64,000 bases of DNA, taken from assembly GCA_001000675.1 (NCBI GenBank), contig LCHW01000002.1, forward strand, positions 5,310 to 69,309. The letters are read 5' to 3'. Origin of the DNA: Candidatus Wolfebacteria bacterium GW2011_GWE2_44_13 (GTDB lineage Bacteria > Patescibacteriota > Minisyncoccia > UBA6257 > UBA9933). The notes beneath the pieces were generated by a model. It searched no databases and was not told the DNA's origin. It saw only the letters and a program-made list of their open reading frames with translations. A program made the position numbers and the translations under genes. This document shows, piece after piece, positions 37,410 to 46,887 of the stretch. The first letter of the stretch is position 1. Every line of letters begins with the position of its first letter.

Positions 37410-38432
37410 TTAAGAATATGTGCCTCGTGTATACGCTTGTGAAGGCGGTATCAAATCAGGGTACTCCATCGCCATTTGTGTAAATTTATCTACTTGGTAG
37501 ATTTCATTTATTTCAACCTGTTGGAAAATGTCTTTGAATTGATTCTTCATGTCACGGATAAGATTGCGCAAGGCATCTCGGTCTTCTATTTCAATATCTA
37601 GGAGCAATTCCCAGCTCCCCATGCCTTTTACATAGTTGATGATGTTGGGATGTAACGAGCAGAATGCATATAAATCGTCGATGCGCTTCTGATCGAATTG
37701 CATAATTTTAAAACAAACGCGGTAGAGCAGTAGACCTATTTTTTGATAATCAATGGAAAAAGATATTTTAGTAATAACCCCAGCTGCAACGAGCTTTGCG
37801 TAGTGTTTATGTACTAAGCCAACGGAAACCCCCAGAACAGAAGCAATTTTAGTAAATTCCATTCTGCCATCAATAAGGAGGAGGGATATCATCTTGCGAT
37901 CAAGCTCAGTTAACTTGGCTTTTTCAGTCGTTCCTCCTGACAAAGCGTTTTCTCGTGGATGGTTTTCCTCGCCGATTAAATAGGTGCGCGGAAATTGTAT
38001 AAAGCCTAGGCCGACAAAAATATCCGAAGAAGCAACGTACTCACCGTAGCGGGTGAAAAACTTTTGCAGCATTTCGTTGTAGCTAAAAATATCTTTACTG
38101 ATGAAGCAAAGGAAAACATCTGCATATCCGTCTGAGCGCATGACAATCGGAGTATAAGCATCAGCATTAAGATATGCGTATATTTCCTGCTCCTTCTCTT
38201 TTGAAAGGCCGGCAAATTTAAGCCAATAGCCCCAGAAAAATGAATAGTCAGCCTTATCATAGTCAATAAAGGCCCAAAAGTGCTTTATAACACCTCGTTC
38301 CATGAGCTGCTCATAGTGGTATTTAACAACCTGAGGGGACGTGCCGATAGCGCGGGCAATCTCGGAGAAGCTTGCGCGGCCATTTTGGTCAAGCTGAAAA
38401 AGTATCTTTTTGTCAAGTTCTGTGACGTTCAT
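37410..38432 (-). CDS. Double-domain Lrp/AsnC-family regulator (paired with SBP7)
   Basis: Two LD.K...L..(N/D)GR..F..IA...G.S HTH units, each followed by a RAM-like domain. Confidence 0.9.
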   Translation of the reverse strand: MNVTELDKKILFQLDQNGRASFSEIARAIGTSPQVVKYHYEQLMERGVIKHFWAFIDYDKADYSFFWGYWLKFAGLSKEKEQEIYAYLNADAYTPIVMRSDGYADVFLCFISKDIFSYNEMLQKFFTRYGEYVASSDIFVGLGFIQFPRTYLIGEENHPRENALSGGTTEKAKLTELDRKMISLLLIDGRMEFTKIASVLGVSVGLVHKHYAKLVAAGVITKISFSIDYQKIGLLLYRVCFKIMQFDQKRIDDLYAFCSLHPNIINYVKGMGSWELLLDIEIEDRDALRNLIRDMKNQFKDIFQQVEINEIYQVDKFTQMAMEYPDLIPPSQAYTRGTYS

Positions 38433-38446
38433 TTTTAAAAAAATAT

Positions 38447-38474
38447 AATAATACTCTAATTTTAGAGTATTATT
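38447..38474. promoter_or_regulatory. 28-bp palindrome, putative operator
   Basis: AATAATACTCTAA-TT-TTAGAGTATTATT; 11-bp tandem TAATGTCATAA x2 at 38512-38533. Confidence 0.6.
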
Positions 38475-38619
38475 TAAAAAAATACAAGAAATCTATTGTA
38501 GATATATCATTTAATGTCATAATAATGTCATAAGATGCATAGAAAGGAACTATGTTATCCCAAACCTTGCAAGGGTTAGAAAGAGAGAAGTTTATAAATT
38601 AATTAAAAATAAAATATAT

Positions 38620-39762
38620 ATGGATAAAAATACAAAAATGATCGTCGGTGCTGTTATAGCTATTGTGGTGCTATGGGGAGGATATGCGCTTATGGGGAAG
38701 CAAAGCGTGCCGGCAACGAATGAACCGATAAAAATCGGCGTTGCAACATTCTTGAGTGGAGATCTCGCGGCATTAGGGGAGAACATCGTAAATACTGCAC
38801 AGTTGGCAGTGGACGATATAAATGCAAAGGGAGGTATTAACGGGCGACAGGTGCAAATAATCGCCGAAGATGCAAAGTGCGATAGCAAAACAGGATTGTC
38901 GGCTGTATCTAAGCTGGTAAACACTGACAATGTTAAGTATATCGTTGGCGGTATGTGTAGCAATGGCACTATAGCAGCAGCACCTGTTGCGAATGAACAT
39001 AACGTCGTCCTGATGACACCGGTCACTGGCGGGCGAAATGTAGACGAAGCAGGAGAATACATCTTCAGAACAGCAAACTCAGACCTTTTGGCGGGACGCA
39101 ACATTGCAGAAGCAATGGCAAAAAAAGGATATAAGAAGGTGGGCGTGATTGCTGAAACAACCGAATATACAATCGATATAAAGAAGAGCTTTGAGCAACG
39201 GGCAAATGAATTAGGGCTAACAGTTGCGGTTGCCGAAGAATTCCAGCCAAATACGACGGACTTTAGAACAATTGCAGCAAAGATAAAGGGTGAGAATTTG
39301 GAAGCAGTGTTGGTTGCGTCGCAGACAGGCATTAGTGGAGGCAACTTGATCAAGCAGATGAAGAGCCTTGGTATAAATGCTCCTGTATTCTCAGACTTCC
39401 TCTTGGTGTTGAATGGGGATGTTAAAAAGATTCTCGGCTCGTTTGAAGGAATCTATTTCGCTGATCCTTCTTATAACGCGGACAATGCAGGGCTTAAGAA
39501 CTTCTTCGCAGCATACAAAGCAAAGTACGGAAAAGATCCAGTAGCGCCATTCCACAGCGCAGCAACGTACGATGATGTACAGCTACTCGCTACTGCAATA
39601 AAAGCTGTAGGTGACGACAGTGTGAAAGTACACGATTGGTTAACGGCAAACGTAAAGAGTTACAAAGGATTTATGGGAACCTACTCCATTGACCAGAACG
39701 GAAATTCAGATCTCGGATTTACGGTAAAGGTCGTAAAGGATGGAGTGCCAACAGATATGTAA
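38620..39762 (+). CDS. LivJ/K-family SBP (SBP7)
   Basis: EDAKC, GGMCS, YIFRT..SD. Confidence 0.93.
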   Translation: MDKNTKMIVGAVIAIVVLWGGYALMGKQSVPATNEPIKIGVATFLSGDLAALGENIVNTAQLAVDDINAKGGINGRQVQIIAEDAKCDSKTGLSAVSKLVNTDNVKYIVGGMCSNGTIAAAPVANEHNVVLMTPVTGGRNVDEAGEYIFRTANSDLLAGRNIAEAMAKKGYKKVGVIAETTEYTIDIKKSFEQRANELGLTVAVAEEFQPNTTDFRTIAAKIKGENLEAVLVASQTGISGGNLIKQMKSLGINAPVFSDFLLVLNGDVKKILGSFEGIYFADPSYNADNAGLKNFFAAYKAKYGKDPVAPFHSAATYDDVQLLATAIKAVGDDSVKVHDWLTANVKSYKGFMGTYSIDQNGNSDLGFTVKVVKDGVPTDM

Positions 39763-39767
39763 ATGAA

Positions 39768-39799
39768 ACTAAAAAATCCGCCTCGGCGGATTTTTTAGT
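39768..39799. terminator. Bidirectional terminator (family C)
   Basis: ACTAAAAAATCCGC-ctcg-GCGGATTTTTTAGT. Confidence 0.85.
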
Positions 39800-39804
39800 G
39801 GATG

Positions 39805-40596
39805 CTATGCTTTTCCCATTTCCCAAAGCATTTCAAAAAATGCGCGGTAGTTGCTTGCAACTCGTTCTGATTTAACGATGTACACAAGGGGTGGTGTGAG
39901 AAATGTATAAAAAGAAACACTATCCTTTCTAATAATCATATGTGTCTCACCCTTAGGAAGACTACTCATAAAGCGGTACTCCTGATGGGCAAGTGTGCCG
40001 ACGTACTTCTGATAAAGCGGTCGCTCGTCAGCAGTCCCGAGATATTTTATCCGCGCCTTTTTTCTTGCGCGTATTGCGAGGTACGGAGCGAGTGTATCTC
40101 CCATAAGTTCGCTAAACGCTGCTGTTGCACCGCCGATAATATATTCCTCCGCCCCCTCTTCTTCGGACTGCGCGCGTAAAAGCTCGTATTCCTGTATTGC
40201 TCGCGTGCCTTGGATAACCTCAAAGTCTTGCTCGTTGCCAATAGCACTTATCTGGTTAAGCGATCGGGCAAGATCGCTAGCGGCGAGCGCTTTTTTCCTG
40301 CCAATAGTCTCGATTATTTGAGGAGAGTGTGCTTTATATTTTGTCTGCTTCCCGCGGAGTACTTCCTCGATAAGACCCTCACGAATAAGCGCGGGGAGGG
40401 CGGTATAAACGTACTGCCGATGTAGCGATGTTATTGAAGCTATTTGCGATACACCAGCTTCAGAGCCACTTTGAAGAAGATGGAGATAAATAAGCGCTTC
40501 GTTACGGGAAAACCCAAGCGTAACAAGCTCAGCAATAAGGGCGTTTGCGTGCTCTTCGCTGATAAGCGATTTTTGAGATGGGTTTCTAAGTGTCAT
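39805..40596 (-). CDS. TrmB-family regulator, divergent (paired with SBP8)
   Basis: LGFSRNEALIYL.LL, LHRQYVY, Y..FFEMLW. Confidence 0.88.
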   Translation of the reverse strand: MTLRNPSQKSLISEEHANALIAELVTLGFSRNEALIYLHLLQSGSEAGVSQIASITSLHRQYVYTALPALIREGLIEEVLRGKQTKYKAHSPQIIETIGRKKALAASDLARSLNQISAIGNEQDFEVIQGTRAIQEYELLRAQSEEEGAEEYIIGGATAAFSELMGDTLAPYLAIRARKKARIKYLGTADERPLYQKYVGTLAHQEYRFMSSLPKGETHMIIRKDSVSFYTFLTPPLVYIVKSERVASNYRAFFEMLWEMGKA

Positions 40597-40741
40597 AAAT
40601 TATATAACACTATACAATAAAACATAGTATTTTGCAACACATTTTGGTATAAAAATATGACATAAAATAGTTGACAAATAAGGATATTTGTGAGAATATA
40701 CTACTATAATCAAGATAAGCAAAACATCTTATAAACAGTAT

Positions 40742-41830
40742 ATGAATAATAAAAAATTAGTAATTGCATTGATGGCCATCGTAGTTGTTGGCATAGCAGG
40801 TACGTATTTCTTCAAGGGGAATGGCGCGGCTACGGAAAATGAGGCAGGTGACGTAATAAACATCGGAGCAATTCTATCCCTTACGTCATACGGCGCGAGT
40901 GATGGAGAAAGTATCAAGAATGGACTTGAACTAGCAAGAAAAGATTTAATAAAGGAGAACATAATTGTAAATATAGATTATTTCGACGACGGCACTGATC
41001 CAAAGCAAGTTGTATCAGGAGTGCAGTATATGAAGTCAAAAAATATAGACATCGTGTTTGGTCCAATTTGGAGCTATCTCGGAGATGCGGCGCTTGCCGT
41101 AGTGGGAGGGTCAAATATAACATTGCTCGCCCCTTCATTAACAAGCGAAGTAGTGCAGCAGGCTTCATCGCAAATAGTATTTGGTCAAGCAAAGAACGCA
41201 GAAAAATTACCAGCGACAACCGCTTGGATGCAAGAGAACAATATTAAGAAGCCGGCAATCATCGTAAATCAGATAGCATGGGGGAATGTACATGCTACTA
41301 TGTTTGCCGAGGCAGTTAAAAATGCGGGCGGTATTGTGGTGTTAAATGAAGAGATCGGGTTTGGAAAAGAAAAAGAAACGTTGCCAGGGCTTATTGTAAA
41401 GGCAAAGTTTTTGGGAGCTGACGCAATATTGTGGGCAGGGTCAAACGACGGAGAGGTGATTATCATAAGCGAAATGCAAAAGCTTGGTATGAAGATGCCA
41501 CTCTTCGCGGACGAGGGCGTGATGACAGCGTTTAACAGTGGGCTTATTTCAAAAGATATAACAGTACCGGTGTATACGTGGAACAAGGCAATGCACCCCG
41601 AGTTCGTTGCTAAATTTAAGGCTGAATATAATAAAGAGCCAGATCATTATGCAGATGCAGCATATGATATGTTAATTGCGGCAGCAAAAACAGTGAGTAA
41701 AAATGGAACGAGTAATCTCAAGGCAAACCTAAACAGCCTTAACTATACTGGCTATGCAGGGACATATCAGTTTGATGAAAAGGGCGATATTAAGGGAGGA
41801 GATTGGAAGGTTGTAAAAATAACAAAATAA
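40742..41830 (+). CDS. LivJ/K-family SBP (SBP8)
   Basis: INIGAILSLT, DD.TDP, GPIWS, AYD. Confidence 0.9.
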   Translation: MNNKKLVIALMAIVVVGIAGTYFFKGNGAATENEAGDVINIGAILSLTSYGASDGESIKNGLELARKDLIKENIIVNIDYFDDGTDPKQVVSGVQYMKSKNIDIVFGPIWSYLGDAALAVVGGSNITLLAPSLTSEVVQQASSQIVFGQAKNAEKLPATTAWMQENNIKKPAIIVNQIAWGNVHATMFAEAVKNAGGIVVLNEEIGFGKEKETLPGLIVKAKFLGADAILWAGSNDGEVIIISEMQKLGMKMPLFADEGVMTAFNSGLISKDITVPVYTWNKAMHPEFVAKFKAEYNKEPDHYADAAYDMLIAAAKTVSKNGTSNLKANLNSLNYTGYAGTYQFDEKGDIKGGDWKVVKITK

Positions 41831-41834
41831 TAAT

Positions 41835-41870
41835 CCACTAAAAAATCCGCCGAGGCGGATTTTTTAGTGG
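41835..41870. terminator. Bidirectional terminator (family C)
   Basis: CCACTAAAAAATCCGC-cgag-GCGGATTTTTTAGTGG. Confidence 0.85.
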
Positions 41871-41878
41871 TGATTAAA

Positions 41879-42613
41879 TTATTTAAGCAAATTCCACATA
41901 GTTTCGAAGATGGCTTTGAGGCCGTCATAAATTTTCTTACTTTCGATAATTAAACCCAAATCTTCTTTATAGGAAATGATGCCCACTTTATTGTCTCCAT
42001 AGATCTTTATCTCAATATCAAAAATCTTGAAAGCGGCATCGGAGACGAACTTCGTTGTTGTAATAGCGTTTTCGCGCTGATGTTTTGAAAACTCTCTATT
42101 TGCAGCGGTATCAGGGACAATAGCCCGAGCCCATATTTTGCGCTTAACGCGTTCGGGTAAATAATAGCCTTCGAAATAATCTTCACTCAAGTTGATGTAC
42201 GGGTAGGGGAATAGCGTGAGTATTTCTTGGTCAGGATACTGGAGTGTATCTTCGAAAACTTCCTTTACCCCCTCGAGCCCCTCAAAGTATTTGATCTTAG
42301 GCTTTTTATCCAACAGGTTCATGAGCGAAAGGAGCTCGGGCATGGCCTCTTCTATTGATTGCTTCTTCGCCTCGAGTGCCTCGGGGATTTTTTTAGGACT
42401 CTCAGCATAAAAAACAGTGCGCTTCTTAAGGCGGCCTTGGCTCACGAGTCCGCGCCGTTTAAGGAGCTCTATTGTTTCATAGACAGTGGAGCGTTTAATG
42501 CCCGTCTTTTTTACAAGTTGAGCAATCGTTGCTTCGCTCAATTCTAAAAGGGCTAAATAAATATCAGCTTCTTTTTTAGATAGGCCCGCAGCCTGTAATT
42601 TCTTTGAAATCAT
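41879..42613 (-). CDS. TrmB-family regulator (paired with SBP9)
   Basis: IKRSTVYE HTH, KPKIKYFEGLEG. Confidence 0.92.
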   Translation of the reverse strand: MISKKLQAAGLSKKEADIYLALLELSEATIAQLVKKTGIKRSTVYETIELLKRRGLVSQGRLKKRTVFYAESPKKIPEALEAKKQSIEEAMPELLSLMNLLDKKPKIKYFEGLEGVKEVFEDTLQYPDQEILTLFPYPYINLSEDYFEGYYLPERVKRKIWARAIVPDTAANREFSKHQRENAITTTKFVSDAAFKIFDIEIKIYGDNKVGIISYKEDLGLIIESKKIYDGLKAIFETMWNLLK

Positions 42614-42627
42614 ATATTTGATGTAAA

Positions 42628-42648
42628 AGTGACGATAATTCCGTCACT
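42628..42648. promoter_or_regulatory. Putative TrmB operator
   Basis: AGTGACG-ataattc-CGTCACT just downstream of the regulator -10. Confidence 0.65.
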
Positions 42649-42810
42649 ACTTTAAATATACAATAAGTGACAAAAAAGTCAATGTTTAAGGCATAAAAGC
42701 GATATGCTTATAATAATTATTTTTTAAATTAAATACATAAATTGACCAATTGACACAATATTGATAACGTGTTGTTGTAAGGTTTAAATAACAAAAATAA
42801 TAAAAAATAT

Positions 42811-43962
42811 ATGAACAAAAACAAAAACATCGTTATCGCATTCGTAGTTGTTCTCGTGGTGTTGGTCGCAGGGTATGTGCTCAACAGCAATCAGCAGGTT
42901 GCGCAAACAAATGAGCCGTATAAGATAGGCTATATAGGACCTATGACAGGGGGCGTGGCGATATTAGGAGAAGAGGCTTCTAAGTCAATCCAAATTGCGG
43001 TTGATGAAGCAAATGCAAATGGAGGAATAAACGGACGACAGATCGAGTTTATCGTAGAAGATGACCAGTACGATACAGCGAAGTCAATCAGCGCATACGA
43101 AAAATTGGTAAACAGTGATGGTGTTGATACGATTGTCATGTCTACCTACGGAGGCGTTATGGCCTTGGCAGAGCGGGCAAAGAACGACAATGTGATGATT
43201 GTTGATTCCTTGGATTGTGATCAGGCACTCGCCAATCTTCCAGAGAACATTTTCTGTATTGCTAAGGAAACAAATGACTTGGCAGATGTAATCGCTGACT
43301 ATGCAAAGGAACAGGGATATAAGAATATCGGAATCTTGCATTCTACAGTTGATAACTTCATGCAGTCTGTTTCTGATGAATTCGTAGTACGCGTAGGTGA
43401 TAAGGCTTCTGTGCAGGTAGAGAGCTACCAGCCAGGAACAACCGACTTCAAGACATCATTGCTTAAGTTCAAGGATAAGGATGCAATCGTATTTCTTGGA
43501 TATGATGAAGTCGGAATTGCTATCAAAGAAGCAAAGAGCTTGAATGTAGGTAAGAATTACTTGACGATTCCTACTGTTGCAACTACGCCTTCTATACAGG
43601 CAGCTGCAGGAAAGGCAATCGATGGTATTCACTTCTCATTCTATGCTCCGCTTGAAGCAAACCCAGTTGCTACAAAGTTCTATAGCGACTTCAAGGCAAA
43701 GTATGAAAGAACTCCTTACGTTTTTGTCGCAAGCGACCAGGCATATGACGCAGCAAAGATCTTGATTACCGAGGTATTGCCAAAGGTTACTGCTGATACA
43801 AAGGCAGAGCAGTTGAGCCAGAAGATTACCGCCATGGAAAAGGTAAAGAACTTTAAGGGGGTAACAGGGACACTTACTATGAAGGCTGATGGCCGAATAA
43901 GTGGAATCCTTGTACGCTTGTTCAAGCTAGAGAACATGATGCCAGTGTTTGTTGGAAAATAA
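42811..43962 (+). CDS. LivJ/K-family SBP (SBP9)
   Basis: KIGYIGPMTG, GGINGR, EDDQYD, QAYDA. Confidence 0.92.
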   Translation: MNKNKNIVIAFVVVLVVLVAGYVLNSNQQVAQTNEPYKIGYIGPMTGGVAILGEEASKSIQIAVDEANANGGINGRQIEFIVEDDQYDTAKSISAYEKLVNSDGVDTIVMSTYGGVMALAERAKNDNVMIVDSLDCDQALANLPENIFCIAKETNDLADVIADYAKEQGYKNIGILHSTVDNFMQSVSDEFVVRVGDKASVQVESYQPGTTDFKTSLLKFKDKDAIVFLGYDEVGIAIKEAKSLNVGKNYLTIPTVATTPSIQAAAGKAIDGIHFSFYAPLEANPVATKFYSDFKAKYERTPYVFVASDQAYDAAKILITEVLPKVTADTKAEQLSQKITAMEKVKNFKGVTGTLTMKADGRISGILVRLFKLENMMPVFVGK

Positions 43963-43991
43963 CACCGGAGTACATGACAGTTAAATAAGCA

Positions 43992-44023
43992 ACTAAAAAA
44001 TCCGCCTCGGTGGATTTTTTAGT
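43992..44023. terminator. Terminator (family C)
   Basis: ACTAAAAAATCCGC-ctcg-GTGGATTTTTTAGT. Confidence 0.8.
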
Positions 44024-44044
44024 GGGACACTCTTTTCCGAGCAC

Positions 44045-44072
44045 CCACATGGATTCGAAGATGGCTTTGAGG
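44045..44072 (-). pseudogene. 3' remnant of a deleted TrmB gene
   Basis: 26/28 nt identical to 41894-41921; encodes LKAIFESMW versus LKAIFETMW. Confidence 0.7.
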
Positions 44073-44110
44073 TAGATATAGGGGTAGTAAATTATGTATA
44101 GTGTGTTAAT

Positions 44111-44130
44111 ATGACGGCATAAAGCGTCAT
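44111..44130. promoter_or_regulatory. Putative TrmB operator
   Basis: ATGACG-gcataaag-CGTCAT. Confidence 0.55.
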
Positions 44131-44235
44131 TTTTCGAGATAGATAAAACATAGGGAATAAAAGGGTGGAGTGCTCGCTTGGTTTAAAAATGGCGAAGTGG
44201 GGTGAACAAAATTAAGGATTAATGGTACAAACAAT

Positions 44236-45015
44236 ATGTTAAGTAAAAAGCAATTCGAAGAGATACGGGCAGGCCTTTTACAATTGGAATTTACCGATAA
44301 TGAAATTGCAGTCTATGTATCTATATTACAAGATAGGGGTTCAAGTATCCCGTCCGTTGCAAAAGAAACTGAGCTGAGTAGAGGGACTGTATATGACGTT
44401 GTGGAAAAGCTAAAAGGCAAAGGGTTTATAGCGGAGGCGAAAAAAGGTAAAAAAAGAAAATTCGTTGCTGAAAATCCGAATAATAAGTTGTATCTCTTGC
44501 TCGATGAAAAACATCGAGACTTGCAGCGGTCTAAGCAGATAGTAGAGCAGATTTTGCCTATCTTGAATGTGTTCACTGAGCAGGATGCTTTCCGGCCACA
44601 AGTGAGGGTATATGAAGGCGAGAAAGGATTTAGGCAGATATGGGATGAAGTTTTTTCCTATGAAGGGAAAAACTTTCTGAGCATTACTAGAGTTGAGACA
44701 TTTTTAACATTTATGGGACAGGAGTTTCTTGATGAGTTGCAGGAGCGAAAAGCAAAACTCGGGATTACGAGCCGAGCCATTAATGAGGATTCAGCGGCTG
44801 GGCATCGTACGCAAGATAGCGATAAAAAATATTTGCGGGAAACAAGATTGGCACCGAAAGAATTTCAGTTCCCCTCGTCCGAAATAATTTTTGGAGACAA
44901 TATAGCAATGTTCTCTACACGAAAAGAAAATATTATTGTTGTGATTGAGAGTAAGGATCTTGCGGAAGCACATAGAACATATTTTGAAATGATGTGGCAA
45001 TTTATCGGTAGGTAA
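44236..45015 (+). CDS. TrmB-family regulator (co-directional with SBP10)
   Basis: LSRGTVYD HTH, RPQVRVYEG..G, FEMMW. Confidence 0.92.
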   Translation: MLSKKQFEEIRAGLLQLEFTDNEIAVYVSILQDRGSSIPSVAKETELSRGTVYDVVEKLKGKGFIAEAKKGKKRKFVAENPNNKLYLLLDEKHRDLQRSKQIVEQILPILNVFTEQDAFRPQVRVYEGEKGFRQIWDEVFSYEGKNFLSITRVETFLTFMGQEFLDELQERKAKLGITSRAINEDSAAGHRTQDSDKKYLRETRLAPKEFQFPSSEIIFGDNIAMFSTRKENIIVVIESKDLAEAHRTYFEMMWQFIGR

Positions 45016-45039
45016 ATTCTAAAAGGGTGTACGGTCTCT

Positions 45040-46161
45040 TTGAAAAATTATGTGGATAAAAAAAGAAAAAATATACTAAGGGTAGGCGTTATTATTATTA
45101 TTGTGATTGTAGGGCTGTATGTATTTGTGCAAAAGGGTGTAGTAGGTGAAGTATCAATAGGGGTTATATTACCGTCAACGGGCAAGGCGGCAAATATAGC
45201 AGAGGATGTAAGGAATGGCTTGGAAATGGCGAAGGGAGAGTTAACTGGCGGAAAGAAAATAAAATTAGTGTATCAGGATGATGGATGTGACCCGAAAAAG
45301 GCGATTTCTGCGTATCAGTTTTTACATGAAGTTGAAAAGGTGAATATTGTCATTGGGCCACTTTGCTCGACTGCTGCTTTGGTAGTAGCTCCGTTAGCGC
45401 AAAAGGATGGGGTCGTCATGATAACGCCTGCTTCTGCGACTGATAAGCTGAGTTCGATAGGAGATTTTATATTTAGAAATCATACACACGATAAGGCGGA
45501 GTTAGAGGCTATAGCACCGTATATAAAAGAGCGATATAAAAAAATTGCAGTTATATACGATAAAACAAATGATGCGTATGTTGAATATGATACATTTTTT
45601 AAGACTAATTTAGGCGAAAGCAACGTTGTGAGTGTGCCAGTGACCGGAGGCATGGGGGATTATAAAACAGACTTGTTAAAAATAAAGGCCCAGCTAAAAG
45701 ATATTGATGCAGTATTTGTTGGGGTACTCTCTAAGGACGCGGTTACTCTTGTGAACGAAATGAATCAATTGGGAATTAAAAAACAAATACTGGGTTCAAA
45801 GTTATTAGGAACATCGGATTTTGTAAACGGGGTAGGGGTTGAGACGGCAGAGGGAATAGTATATATGGAGGCAGATTATGATAAAAATACTGAACCGAAT
45901 TTTTGGAATAAATATAATGAGAAATTCGGGAAAATTCCTCCTACATGGGTGCCACAGGCATATGACACAGTAAAGATTTTAGATCTGGCGATTGCGAGTT
46001 GCGGTTCGGACAAGTCCGTGTGCATAAAAGATTATCTGCACAATCTCAAGGACTATCCCGGGGCGGCGGGAAAGTTAACGTTTGCCGCGAATGGTGATGC
46101 CATTAAGAAAATTGCAATTAAACAAGTGCAAAACGGACAATTCATAAAAATAAGTGAATAA
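45040..46161 (+). CDS. LivJ/K-family SBP (SBP10)
   Basis: IGVILPSTG, DDGC, GPLCS; start TTG 45040 or GTG 45052. Confidence 0.9.
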   Translation: MKNYVDKKRKNILRVGVIIIIVIVGLYVFVQKGVVGEVSIGVILPSTGKAANIAEDVRNGLEMAKGELTGGKKIKLVYQDDGCDPKKAISAYQFLHEVEKVNIVIGPLCSTAALVVAPLAQKDGVVMITPASATDKLSSIGDFIFRNHTHDKAELEAIAPYIKERYKKIAVIYDKTNDAYVEYDTFFKTNLGESNVVSVPVTGGMGDYKTDLLKIKAQLKDIDAVFVGVLSKDAVTLVNEMNQLGIKKQILGSKLLGTSDFVNGVGVETAEGIVYMEADYDKNTEPNFWNKYNEKFGKIPPTWVPQAYDTVKILDLAIASCGSDKSVCIKDYLHNLKDYPGAAGKLTFAANGDAIKKIAIKQVQNGQFIKISE

Positions 46162-46266
46162 ACATAAAACCAGCCCTCAACGGGGCTGGTTTTATATGGT
46201 AGAATAAACCATTCATGCAAAAGGATTTTCGATTAGGGATTATAGTGAACGTGCTAGTATAAAAAT

Positions 46267-46812
46267 ATGAGCGAGCAAAAGGAAAAGAAAAATTACGCAT
46301 TTGTAGATGGGCAAAATCTATTTATGGGCACAGCTAAGCGAGCGGTTGATCCATGGACGATAAGCCTCGCCCGTTTTCGCGTGTATCTCGAACAAAAATA
46401 TAATGTCGTCAACGCTTACTATTTTTTAGGATTTGTGCAGGAAACTAATCAGGAGCTCTACGAAGAAATACAAAAGGCTGGTTTTGTGCTTATATTTAGA
46501 GAGCATAATCCAGCGATGATTGGGAAGAAAAAAGGGAATGTTGATACCGATATCATTTTTCACATTATGAAAAAGATGTATAAAAAAGAAGAGTTTGACA
46601 ATATCATCCTTGTGTCTGGGGATGGGGATTATAAGCTCGTCGTCGATTTTCTCATTGAAGAGAATCGGTTCGAGAAAATACTTTTTCCATATAAAAAGTT
46701 TGCGTCTTCGTTGTATAAAAAACTAGGCTCCAAGTATTTTGATTATCTTGAAAATGGAGATATTAAAAACAAGATAGAAGTAAAAAAAGAAAAGGGCTCC
46801 TTAGGTAATTAA
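46267..46812 (+). CDS. NYN-domain (PIN-fold) protein
   Basis: FVDGQNL, KKGNVD, LVSGDGDY. Confidence 0.9.
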   Translation: MSEQKEKKNYAFVDGQNLFMGTAKRAVDPWTISLARFRVYLEQKYNVVNAYYFLGFVQETNQELYEEIQKAGFVLIFREHNPAMIGKKKGNVDTDIIFHIMKKMYKKEEFDNIILVSGDGDYKLVVDFLIEENRFEKILFPYKKFASSLYKKLGSKYFDYLENGDIKNKIEVKKEKGSLGN

Positions 46813-46887
46813 CCGTTCGGATCCCTTTTCGTCTGAATACCTGTATTATCAGCAAATTGACAGAAAATGTCAAGAAAATGCGGAACT

